Assembly (NCBI GenBank): GCA_965200465.1
Contig: OZ241358.1
Location: forward strand, 1,189,872-1,253,871
DNA length: 64,000 nucleotides
Direction of reading: 5' to 3'
Source of the DNA: Candidatus Azophilus sp.
GTDB taxonomy: Bacteria; Pseudomonadota; Gammaproteobacteria; Pseudomonadales; Azotimanducaceae
The position numbers and the translations under genes were made by a program. The notes beneath the pieces are model-generated. The model was not told where the DNA came from, made no database searches, and saw only the letters and a list, made by a program, of their open reading frames with translations. Shown here in pieces: positions 44,937 to 55,227 of the stretch. Position 1 is the first letter of the stretch; each line of letters starts with the position of its first letter.

Positions 44937-45603
44937 GGCGCTTCTCCAGCCAGGCCGCGGCGCGGCTCAAGGGATAGGACAGCAAAAAATAGCAGATCAG
45001 CACGGCGCCGAACCCCAGCACCGGCGAGAAGCCCCGGTTCACCAGCATCTTGCCGGCGAAGGTCAGTTCGATCACGCCTAGCTGGGAGGCCAGGGAAGTG
45101 TCCTTGACGAACATGACCGCGAAGGCTGCGGCTGGCGGCAGGATGACTTTCCAGGATTGCGGCAGCACCACCAGAATCAGGGTTTGCAGGAAGCCCAGGT
45201 TGAGCGCCCGGGCGCCCTCGAGCTGCCGGGCCGAGACCGATTCCAGCCCGGCGCGGACGATTTCCGAGAGAAACGCGGTGGACAGCAGGCATACGGAAAC
45301 CGTGGCGATGCCCAGCAGCGACGTGCCCGGCATCAGGGGTTCGATGACGAACATCACGATGAACAGGATGACCAGAAAGGGAATGCGCCGGAAGGTCTCG
45401 ACGTATGCGATGGCCGCCGCCCGCAGCGGCAGCAGCAGGGCCGAGCGGGAGCGGCGCAGCACCGCCAGAAGCAGGCCGAAGGCGAAGCCCAGGGAGCAGC
45501 CGATTAGGGTCATCGCCAAAGTGCGGCCCATGGCCTCCAGCAAAAAGATCAGGTTGTAGCGGTTGAAGAAGGCGGGGGCCTGTTCCAGCAGCGCATCGAG
45601 CAT
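44923..45603 (-). CDS. Amino-acid ABC transporter permease (His/Glu/Gln/Arg/opine family)
   Basis: 226 aa polytopic protein with an EAA-like loop (SEIVRAGLESVSARQLEGARALNL). It overlaps its neighbours. Confidence 0.85.
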   Translation of the reverse strand: MLDALLEQAPAFFNRYNLIFLLEAMGRTLAMTLIGCSLGFAFGLLLAVLRRSRSALLLPLRAAAIAYVETFRRIPFLVILFIVMFVIEPLMPGTSLLGIATVSVCLLSTAFLSEIVRAGLESVSARQLEGARALNLGFLQTLILVVLPQSWKVILPPAAAFAVMFVKDTSLASQLGVIELTFAGKMLVNRGFSPVLGFGAVLICYFLLSYPLSRAAAWLEKRLAAS

Positions 45604-46277
45604 CAGAACACCTTGGCCTTGACTCGGAACAGCCAGCGCCCCACTAGGGCGAGAAAGGCGCTGGCGAAGACCGTGAGCAGCACGTAGATTCCCGCCACCA
45701 GGGTGAAGGTCTCGATGCTGCGCAAGTTCGCCGTGCTGATGTTGATGGCCCGGCCAGTCAGTTCCTCCACGCCGAACAGCGCCGCCAGGGAACTGCCGAG
45801 CACCAGCCAGATGAAGAAGTTCGACAGGGGCGCATAGACGGTCTTCGCCGTGTGCGGCAGCATCACGCAGCGCACTTGCTGCCAGCGCGACAGGCCCAGG
45901 GCGACGGCCGCCTCCATCTCGGAACGGCGCACGGAGACGATGCCGGCGCGCAGAATTTCCGTCAGATAGGCGCCGGCGTTCAGCGTCAGGCCGATCAGCA
46001 CGGCGGTCATGGCGCCGAGCAGGATGCCGGCATCGGGCAGCGCGTAGTAGAGCAGGAATATCTGCACCAGCGCCGGGGTGTTGGTCAGCGCGGTGACGTA
46101 GGAGGAAGCCGTCTTGCGGGCGGCCGGCCCCCCGTACACCTTGGCCAGGGCGCCGAGAACGCCGATCAGGGCGCCGCCCCAGAAGGAGACGAAGGCGATC
46201 TGCAAGGTGACCAGGGCGCCGCCGAGCAAGTAGGGCAGCTGATCGATGACCGGGGCGAACTGAAAGCTGTAGTCCAT
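45603..46277 (-). CDS. Amino-acid ABC transporter permease (His/Glu/Gln/Arg/opine family)
   Basis: 224 aa polytopic protein with an EAA-like loop (TEILRAGIVSVRRSEMEAAVALGL). Confidence 0.85.
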   Translation of the reverse strand: MDYSFQFAPVIDQLPYLLGGALVTLQIAFVSFWGGALIGVLGALAKVYGGPAARKTASSYVTALTNTPALVQIFLLYYALPDAGILLGAMTAVLIGLTLNAGAYLTEILRAGIVSVRRSEMEAAVALGLSRWQQVRCVMLPHTAKTVYAPLSNFFIWLVLGSSLAALFGVEELTGRAINISTANLRSIETFTLVAGIYVLLTVFASAFLALVGRWLFRVKAKVF

Positions 46278-46323
46278 CGCAAACCCTAGGGCCGGACGGC
46301 GGGGAGGGGCTGGGCGCGGGCGA

Positions 46324-47127
46324 TCAAAAGAACGGATCTGGCGTCACGGGAACCGCCATGGGCGCTCCGTACCATTGCCGCCAAATTTCGTTGACTCTGC
46401 CTGAGGAATGCAGGTCGTAGAGCAGCACGTTCAGAAAATCCCGCAGGGCGTAGTTGCCCTTGCCGACGCCGATGCCGCAGTAGGCGATGAAGATCGGCTC
46501 ATTCAGCACCTGCCACTGCACGTTGCGGTATTGCCGAAGGAAGCGCAGGAAGAAGTCCACATTTTCCACCAGGGCGTCCGCCCGGCCCTGGGCGATGGCC
46601 CGGATGGTGTCCGCATTGCCGTCCACCAGCAGCACCTTGGGCTTCGGCAGCCGCTCCTTGAGCAACTGCACGGAGAGATTGCCGCGCATGTTCACCAGGG
46701 TGATGTCCTCCCGGTTCAATTCCGTCCAAGAGGAGACGTCGATTTTGTCCGTAGTGATGACGCCCATGGCCTCCGAATGCAGAGGCAGGGTGTAGCTGAT
46801 CAGCTTGGCTCGCTCCGGCGTGCGGGTCAGGGCGCCTAGGGCGACGTCGATCCGGTTGGCGGCCAGGAAGGGCACCCGCTGCGCGGATTCGGTGGCGACG
46901 AATTCCACCTCCACGCCCAGCGCCTTGCCGATCAGGTTGCCGATGTCGATGTCGAAGCCTTCCAGCTGATTGGTGGTTCCGAAGGAGCTCATGGGCGGGA
47001 AGTTGGGGTTGACGCCGATGCGCACGGCGCCTTCGCCGATGATCTCATCCAGAGTGCGGGCTTGCAGGGAGGGCACGGCCGCCGCCCAGCAGAGCAGGGC
47101 GAGGGCGGAAAGGGTTTTGCCGAGCAT
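46324..47127 (-). CDS. ABC transporter substrate-binding protein, family 3 (polar amino acid/opine type)
   Basis: The ATG at 47127 gives a signal peptide (MLGKTLSALALLCWAAAVPSLQA). GFDIDIGNLIGKALG is typical of SBP_bac_3. Confidence 0.85.
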   Translation of the reverse strand: MLGKTLSALALLCWAAAVPSLQARTLDEIIGEGAVRIGVNPNFPPMSSFGTTNQLEGFDIDIGNLIGKALGVEVEFVATESAQRVPFLAANRIDVALGALTRTPERAKLISYTLPLHSEAMGVITTDKIDVSSWTELNREDITLVNMRGNLSVQLLKERLPKPKVLLVDGNADTIRAIAQGRADALVENVDFFLRFLRQYRNVQWQVLNEPIFIAYCGIGVGKGNYALRDFLNVLLYDLHSSGRVNEIWRQWYGAPMAVPVTPDPFF

Positions 47128-47183
47128 CTTGTTCAGCCTCCAGTCGTTCAATTGCAGCAATGAATCGGCCCGCCAGACTTAAG

Positions 47184-47951
47184 CTAGCGAATGTAGCTCG
47201 CGCCGTTGACGTCCAGGGTTGCGCCGGACAGATGCTTGAGGCGCCCGCTGGCCAGGAGCGCAACCAGCTCCGCGATTTCCTCGGGCGGCGCCCATTCCCC
47301 CATCGCCAGCCCCCGGGCCACCTTTGCGGCGCCGCCAAGCCGGGCGGCGGACTGCTGGGACATGCGGGTGTCCACCGGGCCGGGCGCCAGAACGTACGCC
47401 AGGATGCCATGCGCGGCGAACGACCGGGCGATGGTCTGGGTGGCGCAATGAATGGCCGCTTTGGAGGCCCCGTAGGCGATGGTGTCGGGCAGGGCGGTGC
47501 CCTGCTGAGCGGTCCAGCTGGAAAGGGTGACGATGGTTCCGCCGTCCCGTTCGAGGAAGTGCCGCACCGCCCGGCGCAGCAGGCGGGCCGGTGCCGCCAC
47601 GTTGATCTCCAAGGTTCGGTCCCAGACCGCGTCCCAGGCATCCAGCGGCTCCTCGAATCCGCCGCCCCAAAGCATGACCGCGGCGTTGTTCACCAGCACG
47701 TCGATGCCGCCGCGCCACTGCCGGGCGGCGTCCCACAAGGCTTCCACTTGGCCTCGCTGGGCCAAATCCGCCTGCAGCAGGCATTTTCGCTCCGTTTCAA
47801 TGGCTTCCCCGGCCTGCTCCGCGCCCGCCCGATCCGATCCGTAGTGCAGGACGACATGGGCGCCGGCTTCGCCCAAGCGTCGGACGATGGCGGCGCCGAT
47901 TCCCCTTGAGGAACCAGTCACCAGAATTGTCTTGCCTGAAAGATCGTGCAT
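47184..47951 (-). CDS. SDR family oxidoreductase
   Basis: TGSSRGIGAAI (TGxxxGxG), NNAA and YGASKAA (YxxxK). It is a paralogue of the 53923-54705 product and shares the C-terminus LSGATLDVNGA-S/T-YIR. Confidence 0.85.
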   Translation of the reverse strand: MHDLSGKTILVTGSSRGIGAAIVRRLGEAGAHVVLHYGSDRAGAEQAGEAIETERKCLLQADLAQRGQVEALWDAARQWRGGIDVLVNNAAVMLWGGGFEEPLDAWDAVWDRTLEINVAAPARLLRRAVRHFLERDGGTIVTLSSWTAQQGTALPDTIAYGASKAAIHCATQTIARSFAAHGILAYVLAPGPVDTRMSQQSAARLGGAAKVARGLAMGEWAPPEEIAELVALLASGRLKHLSGATLDVNGASYIR

Positions 47952-48014
47952 TGCCCAGCCTCAAGGCGGGCCATTGTGTACGGCGCTGGCGACGAAATGC
48001 AAAGGAAAAAAATG

Positions 48015-48043
48015 TTGACTTTCCGTGGGCGAGCGTCTATTAA
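48015..48043 (+). promoter_or_regulatory. Putative sigma-70 promoter for the TonB-dependent receptor gene
   Basis: TTGACT, a 17-nt spacer, then TATTAA, about 70 nt upstream of the ATG at 48113 in the divergent intergenic region. Pattern match only. Confidence 0.4.
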
Positions 48044-48112
48044 CTGTCGCACAAGGGCGATCGTGGCTAGGGGGTGGCCCAATTCTAAGGATACGGCTTG
48101 GGAGGACATCCA

Positions 48113-51037
48113 ATGACTATTGCACCGGCTCGCAATCCCTTGCGCCGCGCCATACGCCGTGCGCTAATCGCCGGCCCGGTGGCGGCCGTGGCCAGCCAGG
48201 TCCCCGGCGCGTTCGCCCAGCAGGAAGGCGCGGAGGGAATCGCCATTGAAGAAGTTGTGGTGACCGGCTCCCGGCTGGTTCGCCAGGACTTCACCGCCAT
48301 CAGCCCCATCGCCACCGTGGATCAGGACGTCATCCGCCAATCCGGCAACGTCACCTTGGAGGAAACGCTCAACATGTATCCGCAGCTGAACCCGGATACC
48401 ACCAGCGCCTCCAATCAAAGCGGCGGCGATGGAGTGCTGGCGCCGGATTTGCGCGGCTTGGGCTCGGTTCGCACCCTGGTGCTGGTGGACGGCAAGCGCT
48501 TCATTCCCGCCAGCGTCACCGGCCTCTCGGACATGGGCATCATCCCGGACATGCTCATCGAGCGGGTGGAGATCGCCACCGGGGGCGCTTCCGCGGTGTA
48601 CGGCTCCGACGCCATCGCCGGAGCAATCAACTTCATTCTCGCCGACGACTACGAGGGCGCCGACATCCGCTATCAGTGGGGCCAGGCCGGGGAAGGGGAC
48701 GCCACCACCAGCAAGGTGGACCTGATCCTAGGCGCCAACGTCGCCGAAGGCGAAGGCAACATCACCCTGCATGCCTCCTTCACTCAGCGCGACCCGGTGT
48801 TCATGGAAAACCGGACCTTTTCCCAGCAGCCGTGGCTGGCCGACAGTTCGGGGAACCTGAATGAATTCGGCTCCGGCAACATTCCGGGCGGCAAGATTTT
48901 CATCCCCTCGGCGGATTTCGGGCAGATCGCCGGCCTGGACCTAGTGAGCGCCGCAGCCGACTGCCCAGGCCCCATTCAAGGCATCAGGTTTGGCGAAAAC
49001 AGCCAGCCCCTGCCGTTCTGCCGGCCCACGGACCAGTTCAACTACGCGGCCACCAACTACATCATGCGCCCCTTGGAGCGCTGGCAGCTGGGTGTGCTCG
49101 GCGAGTATGAGATTGCCGAAGGCGTGGAACTCTACGCCCAAGGCTTCTACACCAAGAAGGAAAATGAATGGCAGCAGGCCGCCTTGGCGGTGGCGCCCAC
49201 CAGCTCCGGCGCCCCCAACGGCAGCCTGCTGCTGCCCAATGCGGACACCAACCCCTTGTTCCCAGCGCCTCTGCGGGAATTCTTCGCGGCCAACCGCAGC
49301 TATTTCGACCCGGACGGCGATGGCGTGTTCCAAACCTTCGGCAACGGCCGGCGATTTTTGGAGTTCGGTCCCCGCAACGCGCACATTCTGCACGAGTCCT
49401 TCGGCGTCACAGGGGGACTGCGCGGCGCCATTCAACTGGCCAACCGAACTTGGAACTGGGACGGCTTCTATCAGTATCAGCGCTCGGATGTGGATCAGAC
49501 TCGGGTCGGGCTTCTGTCCCGCTCCCGAACCACCCTGGGGCTGGATGTGGTGTTGGGGGCCGATGGCCAGCCCCAATGCCGGGTGGACCTGCTGGGCTGC
49601 GTGCCAGTCAATGTCTATGGCACCAACACCCTCACGCCCGAGATGGTCGATTTCCTGAGCGTGACCACCGGCCGCGCGGACTGGTTCAAGCGCCAAGTGG
49701 TGGGCGGTTCCATGGCTGGGGACCTGTTCGACTTGCCGGCCGGCCCCGTCTCCACCGCCTTCGGCTTCGAATGGCGGGACGAGTCCTATCAGACGGTGCC
49801 GGACGAGGTCTCCGCCTCCGGCGACTTGGGCGGTGTGCCCCCGGTCAGGAACGCCGGCGGCTACGACCTTTGGGAGTTTTACGGGGAAGTGCGCATTCCC
49901 ATCATCGAAACTCTGGCGGTGGAGGGGGCCATTCGCTACTCGGACTACTCCACCATCGGCGGGGTCACCACTTGGCGGGCTGGTCTGGATTGGTCGCCAG
50001 TGGATTGGGCCCGGGGCCGCTTCTCCATCAGCCGGGCCATTCGGGCGCCCAATCTGGACGAACTGTTCGCGCCGCCCAATCAGAGCTTCATCGGCGGGGA
50101 GGACCCTTGCGTGGTGGACAACAACCCCACCACGGCAATCAAGGATCTGTGCCGGCAGCAGGGGGTCCCGGCCCGCTTCATCGACGATCTGCAAGTGGGC
50201 GCCAGCCAAGGATGGAGCCAGTTTTCCGGCGGCAACCTGAACCTGAACGAGGAGAAGTCCGACACCTACACGGTGGGCATGGTGGCGAGCCCGCCCTTTG
50301 CTCCAGGGCTGACGCTGTCCCTCGACTACTGGCAGATCGAAGTGGAGGGCGCCATCAGCAGCGTCAATTCCCAAGCGCTGGTGAATTCCTGCTTCGACCT
50401 GCTCGACAGCAGCTCCCCCCAATGCCAAGCCATCACTCGGGACGCCCTCGGCAACATCGACCAGGTGAACGCGCCCCTGCTGAACCTGCAAACCCGGAAA
50501 GGCACGGGCATCGATCTGCAAGCCAGCTACGCCATGGACTTGCCGGAATCGTTCGGCCTCGCGGGGAACGGGGCGGAACTGGCCCTGCGCTGGATCTCCA
50601 CTTGGCAGACCAAGGACAGCACGGTGATTCTGGAGGGGCAGCCGGCGGTGGACTGCGCCGGCTATCTAGGCGGCGATTGTTCGGCCAACTTCATTCGCGC
50701 CACGCCGGATTTCCGCGGGCTGTTCAGCGCCGTCTATTCCAGCGGCTTGGCCAGCGTACGTTCGGATGTGGAGCTGATAGGCGGCTTCGGCTTGGCCGAA
50801 GGCGCCTATCCAAACAACAATGTCCCCATCGGCTCCGAAGCCTACTGGGACATTTCCGGCAGCTACACCTTCATGGGCTATGTGGAAGTGTTCGCCGGCG
50901 TCAGCAACGTGCTGGACCGGCAGCCGCCCGTTCTCGGCTTCCGTGCCGGGGGCGACTCGAACACCCAGTCGCAGCTGTACGACACGGTGGGGCGGCGCTA
51001 TTTCATCGGCACCACGGTGAAGCTGGGCGCCCGCTAG
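48113..51037 (+). CDS. TonB-dependent receptor
   Basis: The ATG at 48113 follows RBS gggagga. It has a signal peptide, a plug (EEVVVTGSRLVRQDFTAISPIATV, RVEIATGGASAVYGSDAIAGAINF) and a long barrel. Confidence 0.9.
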   Translation: MTIAPARNPLRRAIRRALIAGPVAAVASQVPGAFAQQEGAEGIAIEEVVVTGSRLVRQDFTAISPIATVDQDVIRQSGNVTLEETLNMYPQLNPDTTSASNQSGGDGVLAPDLRGLGSVRTLVLVDGKRFIPASVTGLSDMGIIPDMLIERVEIATGGASAVYGSDAIAGAINFILADDYEGADIRYQWGQAGEGDATTSKVDLILGANVAEGEGNITLHASFTQRDPVFMENRTFSQQPWLADSSGNLNEFGSGNIPGGKIFIPSADFGQIAGLDLVSAAADCPGPIQGIRFGENSQPLPFCRPTDQFNYAATNYIMRPLERWQLGVLGEYEIAEGVELYAQGFYTKKENEWQQAALAVAPTSSGAPNGSLLLPNADTNPLFPAPLREFFAANRSYFDPDGDGVFQTFGNGRRFLEFGPRNAHILHESFGVTGGLRGAIQLANRTWNWDGFYQYQRSDVDQTRVGLLSRSRTTLGLDVVLGADGQPQCRVDLLGCVPVNVYGTNTLTPEMVDFLSVTTGRADWFKRQVVGGSMAGDLFDLPAGPVSTAFGFEWRDESYQTVPDEVSASGDLGGVPPVRNAGGYDLWEFYGEVRIPIIETLAVEGAIRYSDYSTIGGVTTWRAGLDWSPVDWARGRFSISRAIRAPNLDELFAPPNQSFIGGEDPCVVDNNPTTAIKDLCRQQGVPARFIDDLQVGASQGWSQFSGGNLNLNEEKSDTYTVGMVASPPFAPGLTLSLDYWQIEVEGAISSVNSQALVNSCFDLLDSSSPQCQAITRDALGNIDQVNAPLLNLQTRKGTGIDLQASYAMDLPESFGLAGNGAELALRWISTWQTKDSTVILEGQPAVDCAGYLGGDCSANFIRATPDFRGLFSAVYSSGLASVRSDVELIGGFGLAEGAYPNNNVPIGSEAYWDISGSYTFMGYVEVFAGVSNVLDRQPPVLGFRAGGDSNTQSQLYDTVGRRYFIGTTVKLGAR

Positions 51038-51062
51038 CGGAAGCATACGGAAGGTTGACCCC

Positions 51063-52772
51063 ATGAAACAGCAATTGACCCGAAGCATCCGATTCGCTCT
51101 GGTTGCCGCAGCCCTCGCTTGCGCCTTGGGGCCGTTCGCCGGTCCAGCCCGAGGCGCCGCGCTGGAGGGCATGCCGGAAGGGCAGGGCGGCCATCAGGAT
51201 TTGGTGGCGCTGTTCCAGGAATTTCTGGAATGGAAAGACCCGGCGCGCGCCCGGGGCGATGTGCCCAATCGCGACATCGCCGGCGCGGCCACCGAGATCT
51301 ATCCCGACTACGGCCCGGAAGCCGTGGCCGCTCGCCGGGCGCAGATGCGGGAATATCAGGGCCGCCTTGCCGACATGGCGGTGGCCAGCTGGCCCTTGGC
51401 GCAGCAAGTGGACTATCTGGCGGTGCGCTCCCGCTTCGACCAGCATCAATTCACTTTGGACATTTCCCGCCCCTGGTCTCGGGACCCGGGCTTCTATGTG
51501 GATCAAATGCTGCGCGTGACCTTTGCCGAACTGCCCCTTGCCGCCGATGAAACCGCGGCGCTGCAAGCCCAGTTGCAGGCCATATCGCTGCTTGTGGAGC
51601 AGGCCATGCGCAATTTGACGGAAGTGGCGGCGGACTATGCGGACTTGGCCATCTTCAACCTGAGCAATGCCGACGGGGTGGGGCATGGCTTCCCCTACCG
51701 GGCGGTTCCGCCGCCGGGCGTGATTGGCTGGTACGCGGATTTTCTGGAGCGAGCGGCGCAGCAGCAGCCCGCGCTGCAAGAGGACATCGCCGCCGCCAAG
51801 GCCTCCGTGGAGGCATTCCGGGACTGGCTGACCGAGGGTCGCGCCGGCATGACAGGGCAGGCCGGGGTCGGCGAGGACAACTTCGACTGGTACTTGAAGC
51901 ACGTCAAGCTGATGCCCTACACGGCGGATCAGATCGTTACCCTGGGCTTGCGGGAGCTGGATCGCCTGTGGAGCGTTTACGCCTTGGAGCAACATCGCAA
52001 CCGCGCCCTGCCGGCCATTGAAATCTCCAAATCCGAGGAGGAATACGCTGCCCGCATCGCCGCCACGGATCAGCGCATCCGCACCTTTCTGGTGGAGAAC
52101 GACGTCATCAGCATCCCGGACTACATTCAGGAACTGGACACCAACGTGCCCTGGATCGTTCGCCCTGGCGGGCCGAATTTCTGGGAGCAGGTGCAGTACC
52201 GCAATCCCACGCCCGATCATCTGCATGCGGTCATTCCCGGCCACCGCTTCGACGGCTTGGTGGAGCGCAACAACCCCCATCCCATTCGCGGCAAGATCAC
52301 CAGCGGCGCCCGCACCGAGGGATGGGCCGTTTATCTGGAGGAGGGGATGATGAATGCCGGGGTGATCGACGACTTGCCCCGGGTGCGGGAACTGATCTAT
52401 GTGTTCGGCATCTTCCGCGCCGCTCGAGTGCCGGCGGATGTCTGGCTGCAAACCAATGAAATGACCGTGAACGAAGTGGTCGATTGGTGGCGGGAGCGAA
52501 CGCCTTGGCTGGATGTGGACGTGGCCCGAGTCGATGCGGAAATCTACTTGCGCCGTCCGCCGGGCTACGGGCTGGGCTACACAGTGGGCATGCTGCAAAT
52601 GCAGCAGCTGCTGGCCGACCGCAAGCGTCAGCTGGGGGATGACTTCAATCTCAAGGCGTTCCACGATCAGTTCATGGCCGCCGGCCGGCTGCCCATTTCC
52701 CTGATCCGCTGGGAAATGACCGGGCTGGAGGACGAGGCCCGCGACCTCTGGCGCAGGGAACCTCTGAACTAG
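51063..52772 (+). CDS. DUF885 domain protein (secreted)
   Basis: Signal peptide present. PGHRFDG ... EGWAVYLEE resembles the DUF885 metallopeptidase-like core. Family recall only. Confidence 0.7.
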   Translation: MKQQLTRSIRFALVAAALACALGPFAGPARGAALEGMPEGQGGHQDLVALFQEFLEWKDPARARGDVPNRDIAGAATEIYPDYGPEAVAARRAQMREYQGRLADMAVASWPLAQQVDYLAVRSRFDQHQFTLDISRPWSRDPGFYVDQMLRVTFAELPLAADETAALQAQLQAISLLVEQAMRNLTEVAADYADLAIFNLSNADGVGHGFPYRAVPPPGVIGWYADFLERAAQQQPALQEDIAAAKASVEAFRDWLTEGRAGMTGQAGVGEDNFDWYLKHVKLMPYTADQIVTLGLRELDRLWSVYALEQHRNRALPAIEISKSEEEYAARIAATDQRIRTFLVENDVISIPDYIQELDTNVPWIVRPGGPNFWEQVQYRNPTPDHLHAVIPGHRFDGLVERNNPHPIRGKITSGARTEGWAVYLEEGMMNAGVIDDLPRVRELIYVFGIFRAARVPADVWLQTNEMTVNEVVDWWRERTPWLDVDVARVDAEIYLRRPPGYGLGYTVGMLQMQQLLADRKRQLGDDFNLKAFHDQFMAAGRLPISLIRWEMTGLEDEARDLWRREPLN

Positions 52773-53692
52773 GTCGCCGACCGGGCTTGCGGCAGGGCCA
52801 GTTCCGGCTGGCAGGCCCTCCTGACCCAGCGGGCCACTTCAGCGTGGCTGCCGAACCAGACGCCGCCTTTCTCCTTCGCCCGCTCGAGCAGCCGTTCCAG
52901 AATCCAGATGCGCGAGCGATAGCCGATGACGAACGGGTGCATGACCAGCTGAAACAGCCCGCGTTCCTCCCAGGCCGCATCCAGTTCCCGCTTGAAGATG
53001 CCGAACACTTCCTCCGGCGTGCTCCAGGGCCGGGTTGCCGGTGCCCGGTTGAACATCAGATAGACCGCGTCGTCCCGCAGCCACTCCACGGGAACTTCCA
53101 CGACGCCAGTGGGTGCTCCGTCCAGCAGCAATTCGTAGCAGGCCTCGTCCGCCATCATGGAACTGTCGTATTCCAAGCCGAGTTCCGCAACGATGGCGAT
53201 GGTGTTCGGGCTCAAATCCCAATTTGCCGAACGAAAGCCCACTGGCGCAGCGCCCGTCCGCTCCGCCAGCAGGTCTCGGGCACGAAGCGCCAAATCCCGT
53301 TCGGTGGCGGCATCCAGCTTGGAGTTGTCTTCGTGCATCCAGCCGTGCAGGCCAACCTCGTGCCCGTCGGCGAGGATGCGCCGAGTTTCCTCGGGGTCGA
53401 TCATGGCGCAGACCGCCGGCACGAAGAAGCTGGCCCGCACTTCATGGCGGCGCAACGCAGCCAAGATGCGCGGCACGCCAACCCGGCGGCCGAATTCCCC
53501 CCAGGCCAACCGGCCCACTGCTCGGCCGCCGCGGCCCAGTTCGTAGGCTTCATGGTCGCAGTCGAAGGACAGTGCCGCCGCGCAGCGGGCGCCGCCCGGC
53601 CATGCCGGGGGACGCAAGGCGCGGCCGGCGCGGACCCGGCCCACCAGGTCGCGCCAGTCGGGGGAGATTTCCCCTTGTTCCGCCTTGCCCAT
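52769..53692 (-). CDS. Polysaccharide deacetylase family (NodB-fold) protein
   Basis: The ATG at 53692 follows RBS ggagga. LSFDCDHE, SFFVPA and GHEVGLHGWMHE match NodB-homology motifs. Confidence 0.75.
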   Translation of the reverse strand: MGKAEQGEISPDWRDLVGRVRAGRALRPPAWPGGARCAAALSFDCDHEAYELGRGGRAVGRLAWGEFGRRVGVPRILAALRRHEVRASFFVPAVCAMIDPEETRRILADGHEVGLHGWMHEDNSKLDAATERDLALRARDLLAERTGAAPVGFRSANWDLSPNTIAIVAELGLEYDSSMMADEACYELLLDGAPTGVVEVPVEWLRDDAVYLMFNRAPATRPWSTPEEVFGIFKRELDAAWEERGLFQLVMHPFVIGYRSRIWILERLLERAKEKGGVWFGSHAEVARWVRRACQPELALPQARSAT

Positions 53693-53859
53693 GATTCCTC
53701 CGCTGCCCGTCGAGCAATGGGACAGTGCTTGGCCGCTGCATAGCCTAACGCATGGAACTGCGGCCAACCCGGAGATTTTCGCGCTTTCGCACAGGAAGGC
53801 CGCGCCATGCGTGAGGATTGCAGTCGCGCCGCAAGCGCCGCACCGTCGCCAGAGTTTCG

Positions 53860-53887
53860 TTGACAGGGGCGCGACGGCGGGCACAAT
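53860..53887 (+). promoter_or_regulatory. Putative sigma-70 promoter for the SDR/SnoaL/oxidoreductase genes
   Basis: TTGACA, a 16-nt spacer, then CACAAT, about 35 nt upstream of the ATG at 53923. Pattern match only. Confidence 0.3.
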
Positions 53888-53922
53888 GGAAAAACTCGGA
53901 GGATTGAACAGTTAAGGAAGCA

Positions 53923-54705
53923 ATGACCGCTGGGCATCTGCAAGGCAAGGTCATCCTGCTGACTGGCGCATCCCAGGGAATCGGGGCCGCCGCGGCCGGG
54001 GCGCTCGTCCAAGAAGGGGCCGCGCTGATCGCGCATCATCAAGGACGGCCTGGGGACTTGCAGGGTGCTCAAGCGGCGCTTCGGGATGCGCCGCCGGAGC
54101 GCAAGCATTTCGTGGCCGGGAATTTCGAGCGCAACGAAGAGGTGGAGCGCGTCTGGCGAAGCGCCTTGAACTGGCGGGGCCGCCTGGACGCGCTGGTGCT
54201 GAACGCCGCCATGATGGAGGCGGCGGGCGGCATCGACGACAGCGACGAGCATTGGGACGCCTCTTGGCGTCGCCATTACCAAGTGAATGTGCAGGCCCCC
54301 GCCCGTCTCATGCGGGGCGCGGTTCGGCATTTCCGCAGCAGCGGCGGCGGCGTCATCGTTCTGATGTCCAGTTGGGTGGCGCAGCGCGGCGTCACCAATC
54401 CGCAGATGATTGCCTACGCCGCCTCCAAAGGCGCCGTCAAGGCCTTGGCGCAATCCATCGCCCGGGGCTATGCCAAGGACGGCATCCGCACCTACATCAT
54501 CGCCCCGGGAATCGTGCGCACCAAGATGTCCTTGGACTTCGCGGCCTTGCAGGGAGGCGAGGCGGCGGTGACCGAAACCCTGGCCATGCGCGAATGGGTG
54601 CCGCCCGCCGAGCTGGGGGAACTGATCGCCTTCCTGGTGCGGGGCAAGGTTCGTCACCTGTCCGGCGCCACCCTGGACGTGAACGGCGCCACTTACATCC
54701 GCTGA
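53923..54705 (+). CDS. SDR family oxidoreductase
   Basis: TGASQGIGAAA, NAAM and YAASKGA (YxxxK). Paralogue of the 47184-47951 product. Confidence 0.85.
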   Translation: MTAGHLQGKVILLTGASQGIGAAAAGALVQEGAALIAHHQGRPGDLQGAQAALRDAPPERKHFVAGNFERNEEVERVWRSALNWRGRLDALVLNAAMMEAAGGIDDSDEHWDASWRRHYQVNVQAPARLMRGAVRHFRSSGGGVIVLMSSWVAQRGVTNPQMIAYAASKGAVKALAQSIARGYAKDGIRTYIIAPGIVRTKMSLDFAALQGGEAAVTETLAMREWVPPAELGELIAFLVRGKVRHLSGATLDVNGATYIR

Positions 54706-54729
54706 GGCGCCGCGGTGGGGGATCGGATC

Positions 54730-55212
54730 ATGCAGGAGTTGCTGGACCGACAGGCCATTGCCGAGGCGCTGCACGAATACTGCGCCGCCTTGGACTCCAT
54801 GGACCTGCCCCGGCTGGCGGCGCTGTTCACCAAGGATTGCGTGGTGGACTATGGCCCGGAGGACTGGCTGCAAAGCCGCGGCGCCGCGGCTTTGGAAAAG
54901 TCTTTGCAGCGGATGTGGCGCTGGTCGCGCACCTCCCATCATCTCTCCAATGTGCAGATCGACTTCCGGGGCAAAGACCAAGCCTTGGCGCGCAGCTACG
55001 TCCACGCCTGGCACGAGCGCGGCGACGGCGCCACGGCCACGGTTTTTGGCCAGTACCATGATCGGTTCGTGCGCTTGCCGGCCGGTTGGCGCATCGCGGA
55101 GCGGCGCATGCTGATGAACGGCAATTCCGCGGGCTTCGCAGTGAACCTCAACCGTTTGCGGCGCCAACCGCCGCCAAGGGGTTGGTCGCCGCCGCGCGGC
55201 GCTCCAACTTAA
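54730..55212 (+). CDS. SnoaL-like / NTF2-fold protein
   Basis: MQELLDRQAIAEALHEYCAALDSMDLPRLAALFTKDCVVDYG is the typical SnoaL_4 opening. About 160 aa. Confidence 0.65.
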   Translation: MQELLDRQAIAEALHEYCAALDSMDLPRLAALFTKDCVVDYGPEDWLQSRGAAALEKSLQRMWRWSRTSHHLSNVQIDFRGKDQALARSYVHAWHERGDGATATVFGQYHDRFVRLPAGWRIAERRMLMNGNSAGFAVNLNRLRRQPPPRGWSPPRGAPT

Positions 55213-55227
55213 GGCGCGGCGCAAGCC

